A DNA stretch of 64,000 nt, taken from Catajapyx aquilonaris. Lineage: Eukaryota. The stretch lies in assembly GCA_000934665.2 (NCBI GenBank), contig JYFJ02000031.1, positions 1 to 64,000 on the forward strand, written 5' to 3'. A model generated the notes under the pieces. That model was not told where the DNA came from. It saw only the letters and a program-made list of their open reading frames with translations, and did not search any database. The number at the start of each line of letters is the position of its first letter. Position 1 is the stretch's first letter. The position numbers and the translations under genes are program-made. Positions 12,561-22,900 of this stretch are shown here, piece after piece.

Positions 12561-13173
12561 GTGAGTGGCCATCGACATATTCATGTAGTATGTGTTACGT
12601 TGTCAGGTGCGTAATGTGCAAACTTTCTGTTGATGCGGCAGGCCATTCATGGCTTTAGAGAAACTGAGCGGATGCAGTGGAACGGTGCGAACACTGCCAT
12701 CATTGGACGGGTTCGTGACTTTGCCTTCCCGTCTGGTACGCCTCAGCTCAAGCATGTGCATGTGCTGGACCTAGCCGAAGAAGGAGTCATCAAGCCGCAC
12801 ATTGATAGTGTCAAAGTAAGTGACGATGTAGTCCAATGCCTTCCATAAATAAATTCCGTAATAACAACTGTTGCAGTTTTGTGGAAGAGTGATAGCAGGC
12901 CTGAGTTTGCTCACTCCATGCGTCATGCGTCTTGTGCATGAGAAGACCAAGTGTGTTGTGGATGTCTTGCTCAAGAGGCGGTCGCTGTACATCATGAAGT
13001 ATGTAAACCAATCTCGAGTGTCTTGCAGAGTTATGCAACTCTGTCGCATTTTCAGGGATGACGCAAGGTACCACTACACTCATGAGATACTACACAACGA
13101 CAAGTCGGAGTTCCAAGGCAAGGTTGTTCCTAAAGAAAGGAGGCTGTCCGTCATCTGTCGATGTGAACCATAG
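12273..13173 (+). CDS. ALKBH7: Alpha-ketoglutarate-dependent dioxygenase alkB homolog 7, mitochondrial; join(12273..12560,12642..12815,12877..12998,13056..13173); start codon uncertain
   Basis: The spliced translation contains YEFDHWDDAIHGFRETE, HVLDLAEEGVIKPHIDSVKFCG (HxD iron ligand), IAGLSLL, ARYHYTHEIL and RRLSVICR, matching ALKBH7 as I recall it. Three GT-AG introns (81, 61, 57 nt) keep phase. The N-terminus is Arg-rich, like a mitochondrial presequence. Confidence 0.95.
12642..12815 (+). CDS. ALKBH7: ALKBH7 coding exon
   Basis: Acceptor CAG ends at 12641; AIHGFRETE...KPHIDSVK; donor GTAAGT at 12816. Confidence 0.95.
12877..12998 (+). CDS. ALKBH7: ALKBH7 coding exon
   Basis: Acceptor TTGCAG ends at 12876; FCGRVIAGLSLL...SLYIM; donor GTATGT at 12999 (phase 2). 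Confidence 0.93.
13056..13173 (+). CDS. ALKBH7: ALKBH7 last coding exon
   Basis: Acceptor TTTTCAG ends at 13055; DDARYHYTHEILH...RRLSVICRCEP*. Confidence 0.93.
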
Positions 13174-13191
13174 TGGTTTACTGTACTTGTA

Positions 13192-13197
13192 AATAAA
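13192..13197 (+). terminator. Candidate polyadenylation signal of ALKBH7
   Basis: AATAAA 18 nt after the stop codon, followed by GT/T-rich sequence. Confidence 0.55.
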
Positions 13198-14838
13198 TAT
13201 GAAGGCTGCGTGTGAAATTTTTGTACCTGAAACTTACTGAAACTCACCTCAACCTTAGCATGGCAGCAAGGGCAGGTGCAACAACAATGCAAAATTCTCT
13301 TAAATTTGCCTTCCAATTAAAAAGTGATGTCGCCACAACTAGCAGTAAAATTGGATAAATATTGCTGCACATACAAATTCATTAACATATTGTGCTTCTT
13401 ACTCACTGCCTGCATTGGACACAAACTGACAAGGAACCCTGCATAGTCAACATAGTGTTGTCCTCGGAGCTCAGACCATCTATTATTAAGGGCTTGTTGC
13501 ACAAACATGAGTTAAGAATTTTAGTCTATATAGTCTGTAGACGCTAGTAAAAACAACAGCCAATCCCCTAATTAATGTTAACTCATGTTCACACAACCAG
13601 CCCAAAGTGGCATTGAATGCCAATTCATTATGAACACTTGAGAAGGTAAGGTGACTACCACCAATTTGCACGTGAATCTTCGAAGATGACTTACGCAATT
13701 AGAGAGTCAGGCAATCCCTTACCTTTGGTATTGCAAGGCTTCATCCTCCATTTGTTCAAGTCACACCATGATGTCCTCCACTTGCATCCTTTAACAATCC
13801 AACTCCACTGGTTTGGGCCACTCTGTTTGTTTATCCTGTGCCAGGCTTGCTTATCAGATCACTTATTCTTCACTAAGCTACATGGTGATCATCTGTAAGG
13901 TGCAGTATTTGATGCCCCAAGCTAAAATCTCAGATATTAGGTATTCATTAGGTAGCCTACAATATTATTGTAACAATAATGGCAAAGTACATTGAAATGT
14001 TCCACACTTGAAGATAAATTCTCAATGATATCTGACAATAACAAAAACGAATAACGAAACGAAACTCGCAAAAACCCTCTACAACCTGTTGTAGAACAGT
14101 GCAAAATTGCACTGTTCTATGGGTTCTTTTCCATTTTGCGGTCGCGAGGAAGGGTTGTGGTTTGAACCCCCCCCCCCCCATTCCGCTTGCGGCGGGCAAT
14201 ATGTTTCTGTATCATATATTGAAACCAAGTCACAAATTTTCATCCGTGTAACGTTCAAGTGTTACTGTTGGGAATGCTTCATGTAAAATTATGTTTCTGG
14301 GATGAGACAGTGACAGAAAGGTATCCCATCTGCAATCAAATGTTTCTTTAATATACAAATCATACCACATGATTTCAGATGTCACATATACTCATGAAAT
14401 GGGCAATAATTACGTAGCTATTAATAGAGCGCCGAAATCCTGCAATAGACGAGGTATTCTATCATCGTCAGTTAGATGGCTCTAGGAGTATAGCAGGGAA
14501 GAGGGGCTGTGGTCGGATCTAGGAACTACTTGCACTCTCTGGCGCCAATTTCAGAGGCAGGCTTTGGGTACTATGCTCTGTGCAAGAATAGCAAGAAGTA
14601 TGTGGCTTCGACAATAAATATGGGATAAATACTCGTAGCTCACTGCAGGATAGTTGCTGAAAACTCCTGAATAATAATTGCATCAGTGATACAACCTTTC
14701 TGGATCTATTCTGGACACATTTCCACTCTGAACAAGCTTGCGTTTTATGCGACAATAATAATTTGTTGGTTCATTTTTAATACTGCACCAGAATTTTGTG
14801 TGTGTAGCCTCAAATAGTACTTGAGCTGCTCTTGTTAA

Positions 14839-15552
14839 CCCCTTGAGCCCCAGCTATATCCGCCATCGCCTAGTTTTCCACTTACGAGTACTCTGAAGAT
14901 ACGGACAAGATATTTTACGCAAAATAACAGCTATACTTACCCGATCAAGGAAAACACTATGCATGTGTCTGGAACCATTTTACTCGTCTAGAAGTCCAGA
15001 AATTAATTTCCAAAAATATAGCTGTAAAACTCGAAATTCGAGTACTTCCAGCCAACTACTTGGCCGATTTAATTATGAAACACGTTAAAATACACGGAAT
15101 AACAATATAGAGAATAGTGCTAGACGAATTTGCTGAAATCGTCGTACTTTGCGAGAAATAAATTATTTCTTATCTGCAGCTTTCCTGTTACTTCGGAAAT
15201 CTCCCAAATTAATTTATTTCTCGCGAAGTACGACGATTTCAGCAACTTCGTCTGGCAAGGTTCTCATTCCGTATATTTTAATGTATTTTATAATTAAATC
15301 AGCCTAACAGTTGGCCGGAAGTTCTGGAATTTCGATTTTTTTACATCGTTTTTTTAAAAATTAATCCAGGGACTTCTAGAAGAGGAAACTGGTTCCAAAC
15401 ACATACATATAGCGTAGAGCATGAACGTGTAAGTATATACGTATAGCTGTAATTACTGGTAAAACATCTATTTTTTTACTTCAGAGTACATGTACGTAAG
15501 TTTATCAGAACCGAAAATCTAGGCAATGGCGGTATATCTGGGGTTCAAGGGG
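14839..15552. mobile_element. piggyBac-like fold-back MITE (714 bp)
   Basis: TTAA|CCCCTTGAGCCCCAG...CTGGGGTTCAAGGGG|TTCA (right target site mutated). The arms remain alignable to the centre (gctgaaatcgtcgtactt / aagtacgacgatttcagc). Confidence 0.8.
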
Positions 15553-16699
15553 TTCAACAATGAGATGAAGAATATAACAATTCCCCTAATGAGAATAGTA
15601 TGGGAGTAAGTCTGACATTGGTTGCTTTTTGACCAAGTTTTAGACGTAAGTAGTGGTTTCCAATCTAATAAATCAGATCTGGACTATAAGGTCCTGCTAC
15701 GAATGATATTTTTAAGCCAACAAAGGTGATTGTGAAAAAACCACGTCCGTTACCATTTTCAGTAGTGGTTTTCCGACCTCTTTATTTCCTTATACATTTG
15801 CTCCTATTTTTAAATTTAAAAATCGGTTCCTTATCCCTTAATTTACATACAAAAAATTAGTCTAAAATGAAGAAAATTACACAACTTTCTCCACGGCAGA
15901 TTAGCTACAAAGATAAGTGCATAAATGTCGAATATTATGTTGAAAATTGGCAAATTGTCGAGTTCCTTATATTCCTTCACTCCATTATTGGGATTTCCGC
16001 TTAAATGAAGTTGCGAAAAAAAATTAAAGGTAGCTCTTATCGATTTCCACTCTGTTTCTCTCACTTTTCATCACTACACCTTTTCTCTTCCGAAAAAGCG
16101 GCGTTTTTGCACAGACGAGGCCTTGGCCCGCTTATAAAGTTTAATATAAATCCCTCCCCATTTCTTAGAAACTGATGAAAAAGTATGGAAGCGATTCTAT
16201 AGAGCATAAGAATAACCAGAAGTAGACTTCTGATGCAGTTTCTTTTTTGTTATTTTGAGCCTTCGGGCTTACAAGTAACGTCTGGGAATTTGGATTTTCA
16301 AACTAACTCACGCATTATTATCAAACTTTGACTTTCTTATTTTTGCAAGAATTTTGCATTTCAGTTGTTCGCCATAAATTCTACCATATACTTGAAACTA
16401 TATGTATGCAAAAAAACGCATTATACTTCTTATTCACAGGTACATTTCATAAGCTTATAACAATATAATAACTTACTTTTCAATTTGTCAAAAAAAGGTT
16501 ACATTCAGGTACAAAAAATGCAGAAATTGAACAACCTTTTTATAACATACAGCTCTTTGGTATCTAATAGAACCACGTTCGCAAGCAGACAGTTTAAAAA
16601 TGGACACGCTTTATACAGTCATGCCCGCAGATTTGCAATACAAATGATGTATAGCTCGGACCCAAAACCGAGCTGACCAAAAGTATAAAAATACCTACC

Positions 16700-16918
16700 T
16701 CACTGTTCAAATTTGAACCATTCCAGGTACAAATCCATGTTTTCCTCCTTGACTCTGCGACTTAAACGAATGTTGTCATCGGGTCCGATTAGGACACAGC
16801 TCCAAATGCGAACTACGTTCAGCTGGTTGGAGCTGTCAAAAAGTCGATGGATAATTCTGGGAGACAAGTTGTGACACTGGTCTAACGTCAGGTGTGACAA
16901 GCATGGCATTGGATTCGT
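16700..16918 (-). CDS. LRR gene last coding exon (TNPMPCLSHLTLDQCHNLS...WFKFEQ*)
   Basis: Acceptor tattgtag, TGA at 16700-16702, 73 codons. Confidence 0.9.
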   Translation of the reverse strand, partial: TNPMPCLSHLTLDQCHNLSPRIIHRLFDSSNQLNVVRIWSCVLIGPDDNIRLSRRVKEENMDLYLEWFKFEQ

Positions 16919-19900
16919 CTACAATAGAACACAAAATAACATCAGCGGTGGCATTGGCATGTCCCATTAATAAATATCTCAATAAAAATATTAATAGAAG
17001 AAAAAGTTTCAACAGACTACATATTTACTATTAAATATGACATATGGGTCATACCGCCCATATGTCGTAGAGAACTTCGTCGGTGAGGACTTGGATGGAT
17101 TTCATGAGGATGTTCTGAATCTTGTGACAGTGCGACAATAGCAGCTTCAGAGTTGAGACTCCAACGTCCACCACCGATTCAGACCACAGTTCCAGAGCTT
17201 TCAGGTTGGAAAAGGCCTTGTCAGCAGGAGTGGTTTGACCTCCATAGTGGATCACGGCAGAGAGTGCCAGATTTTGGATGTTTGGACATGCCTGTGATAT
17301 GGCTGCAATGAGTTGATTATAGGATTAGCCTATAATGTGCTATAAAAATTACAGTAGTCAACATTTTTAGAAAGCAATCTCAGTTTTAAAAACCCGACAA
17401 TATAATTATGCTGCAAAAGTACAGTGTGAAGTATGCAAGTCTTCCAAAACTCATCCAGACAACTTCATAACCCTTTTTCCCGGAAAAATGCCTGAAGCTC
17501 CAACTCGCTTTTATAGACTCCAGCGACGTACAGTTAATTTTCATCTCGCTATGAACCTGATACCGTGTAATTATTGCCTCAAACTACAACCTAGTTAAAA
17601 AATTAGTTACAGAATAATTACATTACCCCTGAGGCGATATACATGTGCACGAAAGTGACATAGAGCTTGAAGAAAGATCTGGCAGAGCTAAGTTAAATCT
17701 TATTTAGGGTATATTGATTCCAAGATATTTGTAAACAGGAAATAAAATAATAGCCTAAATAAAACAATAATTGAAGACCTGGTAGCAAAAAGGGCAGATG
17801 TCATGAAAAATGCAATTTGCAGATAGCGACGCCAAGTGGTAGTCAGTAGCAATGCGGAGGTCCCCACAAATTCCGTGGAAATGGCAGTAGTCTGGTAGAA
17901 AAACATCGACAAGGATAGTGTGTTAGGGTAAAATTAGGTTGGATGGCAAGTCAGGTTGTATGGCAAAGATTTTTGTTAAATTAAAATAGCTAGGAAATCG
18001 CGCCTTTCTAAAGTTGCCGTTTATTCATACTGTGGAGCCACCTTCCAGCTGTGTTACAAAAAATACTTCACTGCCATATATTGTGTGACAACCTAATTAT
18101 CCGAAGAGGAAGCCATATTGGAAATTGGTTGCCGGCGTCTGCTGGAGAGCGGCCGGACCTCACGGTCAAAAACAGATTAATAGTGAGTTACAAAGTCAGT
18201 ATTTCATCATTTAATGCATATGAATCCAATTTAGAAAGCTTGAAGAACAATTGTGACTAAACAGTTTTGAAAAATTCACAATAGCGCTCGTACAGGCCTT
18301 AACAAAGTTGGCAAATTTTTAAGGTTGCACCTGTCATGGAGGCACTCATTTTACAACTTGGACTTGGGGTCACTAACATTCAAGGTGCCTTCAGAGGAGT
18401 GGGTCTGGTCCCACTAAACAGCTTTAAGGCGCGTTCACACTAGCTACGAAACGAACAGAACGGTATGACGGAACGAACGGAAGGAGGGGAAAGGTGTTCA
18501 GACACAAAAGCGAGTGGCGTGGCTTTAGCCTCCGTATCCCGCAGCGCATGCGCTGTGCTTGAATTCTCGGGGAGGAAGCCGGATCTTCCTCGGGCTCTCC
18601 CTCCCTTCGGACCGGTATCATACCCTTCTCTTCTCCCATCTCCCGAGGCCCGCTCCCCCTGGGTCTCGACCAGCCCACGGACACTACCCCTATGTTCTGG
18701 GCTTATCACCTGCCGAGGGATTACGCTCCGGGTGCTCACTTGATAGCGCCATGAGACATTTTCCAGAGCATTTATGTGGCGACCCTACCGGACTAAGGCT
18801 GAACTTTATAGGTACGAAGGGGAGGGCTACATGCTGGCCCAACATGGCCGCAGGCGGCCATGTTGGCCCCCCCAATGTAGCCCTCCCCTTCGTACCTATA
18901 AAGTTCAGCCTTAGTCCGGTAGGGTCGCCACATAAATGCTCTGGAAAATGTCTCATGGCGCTATCAAGTGAGCACCCGGTGCGTAATCCTTCGGCAGGGG
19001 GTGGGTGGGGAGTGACCTAACCTGAGTCTTCTACAGCCGTGGTCTCGACTCCCGACTGATGTCCTTCGTCCTGCCCTCGCCAGAGGCGCTGCCGGATTTC
19101 CCTTTCACTTTCGCTCGCCACACCCAGGGGGCTGCCGTTTTCCTGGCTCTTCCCATTGGTGGATAGGTCCGTAAGCCTACGTATTCCGTATTCCGTGTCC
19201 GTCAAAAGTTGATTTCTCCCGTCTTTTCCGTTTCGTAATCCCTTTCACTTTTCGTCATCCTCAAGTGGGCTCTGATTGGTCCACTCTTTCGGATCATTCT
19301 TTTCGTATGCTCCCGTCAGCTAGTGTGAACTCCCCTTTATGCAGTACCAGACAGTGCGTTGAGTGCCAACGCAACAACTACTGATCCACCTGCTGCAGAC
19401 AATGATGATATTCCACAGGGTCAAAGAGAGCTCCTGCAGCTCCCCACAGTCAAAATACCGCAAAAAGCTAAATGTATTACAACGCCTTTCCCTTCAGATT
19501 CACCAGTTAAAATCAGGCCTATAGGCAATCCAACAAATGAGGCATCCCAATCCCATATGACATGTGCATATGTGCTATGTGCATATGTGACAATAAATAA
19601 AATGAAGAAATTAAGAATTAATAGTGATTATTATTTCTGATAGACCTAATAAATTGCCATGTAACCTTACACTTTGCCATGCAACCTGATGGGCTTGCCA
19701 TTCAACCTACTGTTTTGAAAAATCTTACTTTTTGCAGCTGAAATTTAGAAGTTAATTAACATATAATGTATTGCTTATTTGCTTTCTGTAATTATTTACT
19801 TATGGTGAAGGATATTTGAAAAATGATATTGGCCCAAAACTTTGGTTAAAATGGTGAACCTAACCTCGTAAAAAAAAACTTGCTTGGAAAATTTGCCATC

Positions 19901-22900
19901 CAACCTTACTTTACCCTATAATATATCCTGGCTGCTTGCCGTGCATGGGAAGCAGGGAAGTTTTTCTTTGTTTTCTCGAAACTATCCATCATTGACATCT
20001 GCCCTTTTTGCTATCAGGTCTTCAATTATATGACGAAAAAGTTTCGTTATACCAACCAGCGACATCGACCGTCGCAAACTTGTTGAGAATGAGCGACTCC
20101 AGGCGTGGTCCGCAGGCCATCAGCAGCGGCAATACCCCTTCGAAGAAGTCTATCAACATCCCAGGTCCATTGGTGATGCTGATGTTGCTGAGACATTCCA
20201 GATTCATGAAGCTGTACAGTGCATCGCTCGGAATCTGGCAATTGGCTAGCGAGAGAGAGGCTACTGAGGGACACACAGCAACGGCCAATTCGATGCTCTC
20301 GGGCCGCACATGCTGGACGTGTGAGATGAGGGTTGTCAAGTGGAAGCGAGGAAGAGTTTGGCGTAGGCCCAGCTCCAGAGTGGCACGGTCCAGGCAGTCA
20401 AACACCTGTTTCAATTGGAGTTAGCCAGAAGGGTTATTACGTGCTCGACATGCTCAATTGCCCCCCACAATGTCTCGGACAAAGTCTCCACGTTCATTGC
20501 TTGACCACCTCGGACTGTTTGTCGCTCCTGATCCTCTCAATCGGGTATTTCCAGGCATGGTTTTCACTGGCAAAGCCATCTGTAAATAGCCCGTTTGTTT
20601 TCGCTTCTGGTTTATTTATTTACAAGCCTGTTTATGCACCGTAGGTGCATAAACAGGGCTTGTGGTGGGTGCACCTTCGGTGCACGCGGGAAGGGTGCCC
20701 GTAGCGAGCAGTAACTGTACAGGAGCGCCACCTGGCAGTGTGTAGCACCCTCTAGCGGAAGGTGGTGGAAGGTGTGTGGGGGAGGGGGTTAAGCAGGGAT
20801 GTAGTCAGAGAGGTGGCGAACCCAGTGGGGAGAGAGATAACTTCCAGCGGACATGCAAACAAACATCGTTGACAGTATTAGGTGAAAATAATATTATTGA
20901 GAATGATTTATTTATGCATTTATTGAATTGATTGCTTTCTGGCTAACTCGTGCATTTATTTATTTATTTATTTATCTGCTTATTTATTTATATTGAATTA
21001 TTTGAATTGATTGCTTTCTCGCTTATTTATTTATCCGTTTATTTATCTTCAAAGCGCTAATTTTGGTGCATAATGAACAGTGGAGCGTCATAATAATCGA
21101 ATGCAGGCCCCTGGGTGCGAAAGGGTACGACCTTTTGTATTATACAACATGACACGCTTTGATAATATATTCCCTGTAGGTTTAAACCTGATGAGAACCT
21201 GGTTTTTAAAAGCGCGGTCGTAATATTCTAAAATCCCAAATCCGAGCTAAGTATAAACCAGCTGCACCCCCTGGTTAATTGAGGCTAATCCGTTTAATTT
21301 TCGATCAAGATGGCAGCTTTGATATAATTAACTTGACCCTCCTCTCTAATCCCATCTTCAGGCTTTTTCGTCCTATCTGCGCCTGCGCATTCAATTTGCC
21401 AATTCTTCCGCTCCTCGCGGCCAGATTCGTCGCCTCTAGCACTGATCAAAAACTCCTTTTTTCATTTTGTGTACCATGAGACACAGGCAGTGACTTGACA
21501 CAGCACAATCTCTAGCGTTCCCTATACCACTTCCTTCTGTAATTTCCAGTTGAAATCCGTTTAAAAGGCGGCGCCTAATTCCATCCCAGCGCCATTTGGG
21601 AAATGAAGGAAGCGAGTTGGCTAAAAGGAATTCCCGTAGATGCTAGAAAAAGGTAGTAGAAAAAAAATAGTGTTCCTATGTGCATAATTAACCCCAAATT
21701 AACCCAAACTAAGGCGATTAGATGGTAACCCTTCAATCAGCAGACTTCTTGGAAGGGTAATTTGCAGGAGATGCAGAGGGTCCCTGAAGGGACATGTGTC
21801 AATGCAATATCCGGGCGTGGAGTTAAGTAATGCTATTACTAGGAGAGGTTGGATATAGTCATCGGGACCTGAAATGTAGGTTATCTCTTGGACAGGGAAA
21901 CTTTGGGTGCAGGCTTGCGGCAGGAATATAGAGAGGAGTCTATACAAAAGCCATGGGCAAAGCTCTCTGCCTGATATCAACTCGGTGCATAAACGGATTT
22001 CGTAACTCTGTTCAGGAACCGTAATAGAAAATGGGGGGGGGGGGGTTTCCGTGACGCCCATTGCTGAGAAATTAAACATATGCCAACGGGCCTTCTGGGT
22101 TTGGATTTGGTGTGATGGAAATGGACAGTGGAACAATGGTGAGTCAGAAAGACAAAGCCATTGCCGATAATAAAGTGAGACTAGAACTGGGAATCCTATA
22201 GACTATAGAGTTCTACGAGTGATTTTATGTCAAATTACAGGCGACAGATTTTGATTCAAAAATTCTGAAACAACAACACTTGTATCCCGCTCATAAGTAG
22301 CAGAACAAAATTAATATAATTCTGATCATTTTGCTTAATGTGGTTATCAGGGTTAACCCACATAACCACAATCATATAGCAATGGACATATCATATCTGC
22401 TGACAGTCTATAGAAATGACGTTTGTGCTGATGGGCGTGGGAAGCAACATATGTGAATCAAGTATCAAAGACGAGGACCACGCCGACCCGACTCCAGATA
22501 TAGACACTACTGTACTATCGCTGAAAGAGACTGAGACATTGAAACGAAATATCGTCTCAATCTTTTTGAGCGATATAGTACATATGGCGCCGGCTCGCCG
22601 CCTATCATACTTTTGTACTTCCTATTCATGCTTCGAACAGATAATTTTCCCAGCTTTCTTGCAAAGCTGCGAGAGTCAAGACTAATATTATTTTATGATA
22701 CAGTAACAGATCCCCAATCATAGGACTGCAATCTAGCTTCAGTCCATATTATTTGGTTGGATGATATGGCATGTGCTATTTGAACTGAGCACTCGCAAGT
22801 CGATTTCATATATGGCATGTACTTGTCACTTGTCACGAATGGTTATTTATGAAACATAAATGACAAGTGCTTGTCAATTGCAAGCAAAACGTTATCACTT

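Larger units (their letters stand above)
17926..19916. mobile_element. Second-level TIR element (TA target)
   Basis: TA|GGGTAAAATTAGGTTGGATGGCAA...TTGCCATCCAACCTTACTTTACCC|TA, with subterminal ttgccatNcaacct repeats at 19655-19710. Confidence 0.75.
17770..20026. mobile_element. Outer TIR element (TA target) carrying nested insertions
   Basis: TIR attgaagacctg(g/a)tagcaaaaagggcagatgtca (1 mismatch) at both ends, flanked by TA. Confidence 0.8.

Noticed and set aside
18465..19020. Mirror-image ORFs on both strands (MRHFPEHLCGDPTG...)
   Set aside because: A consequence of the palindrome, not coding.
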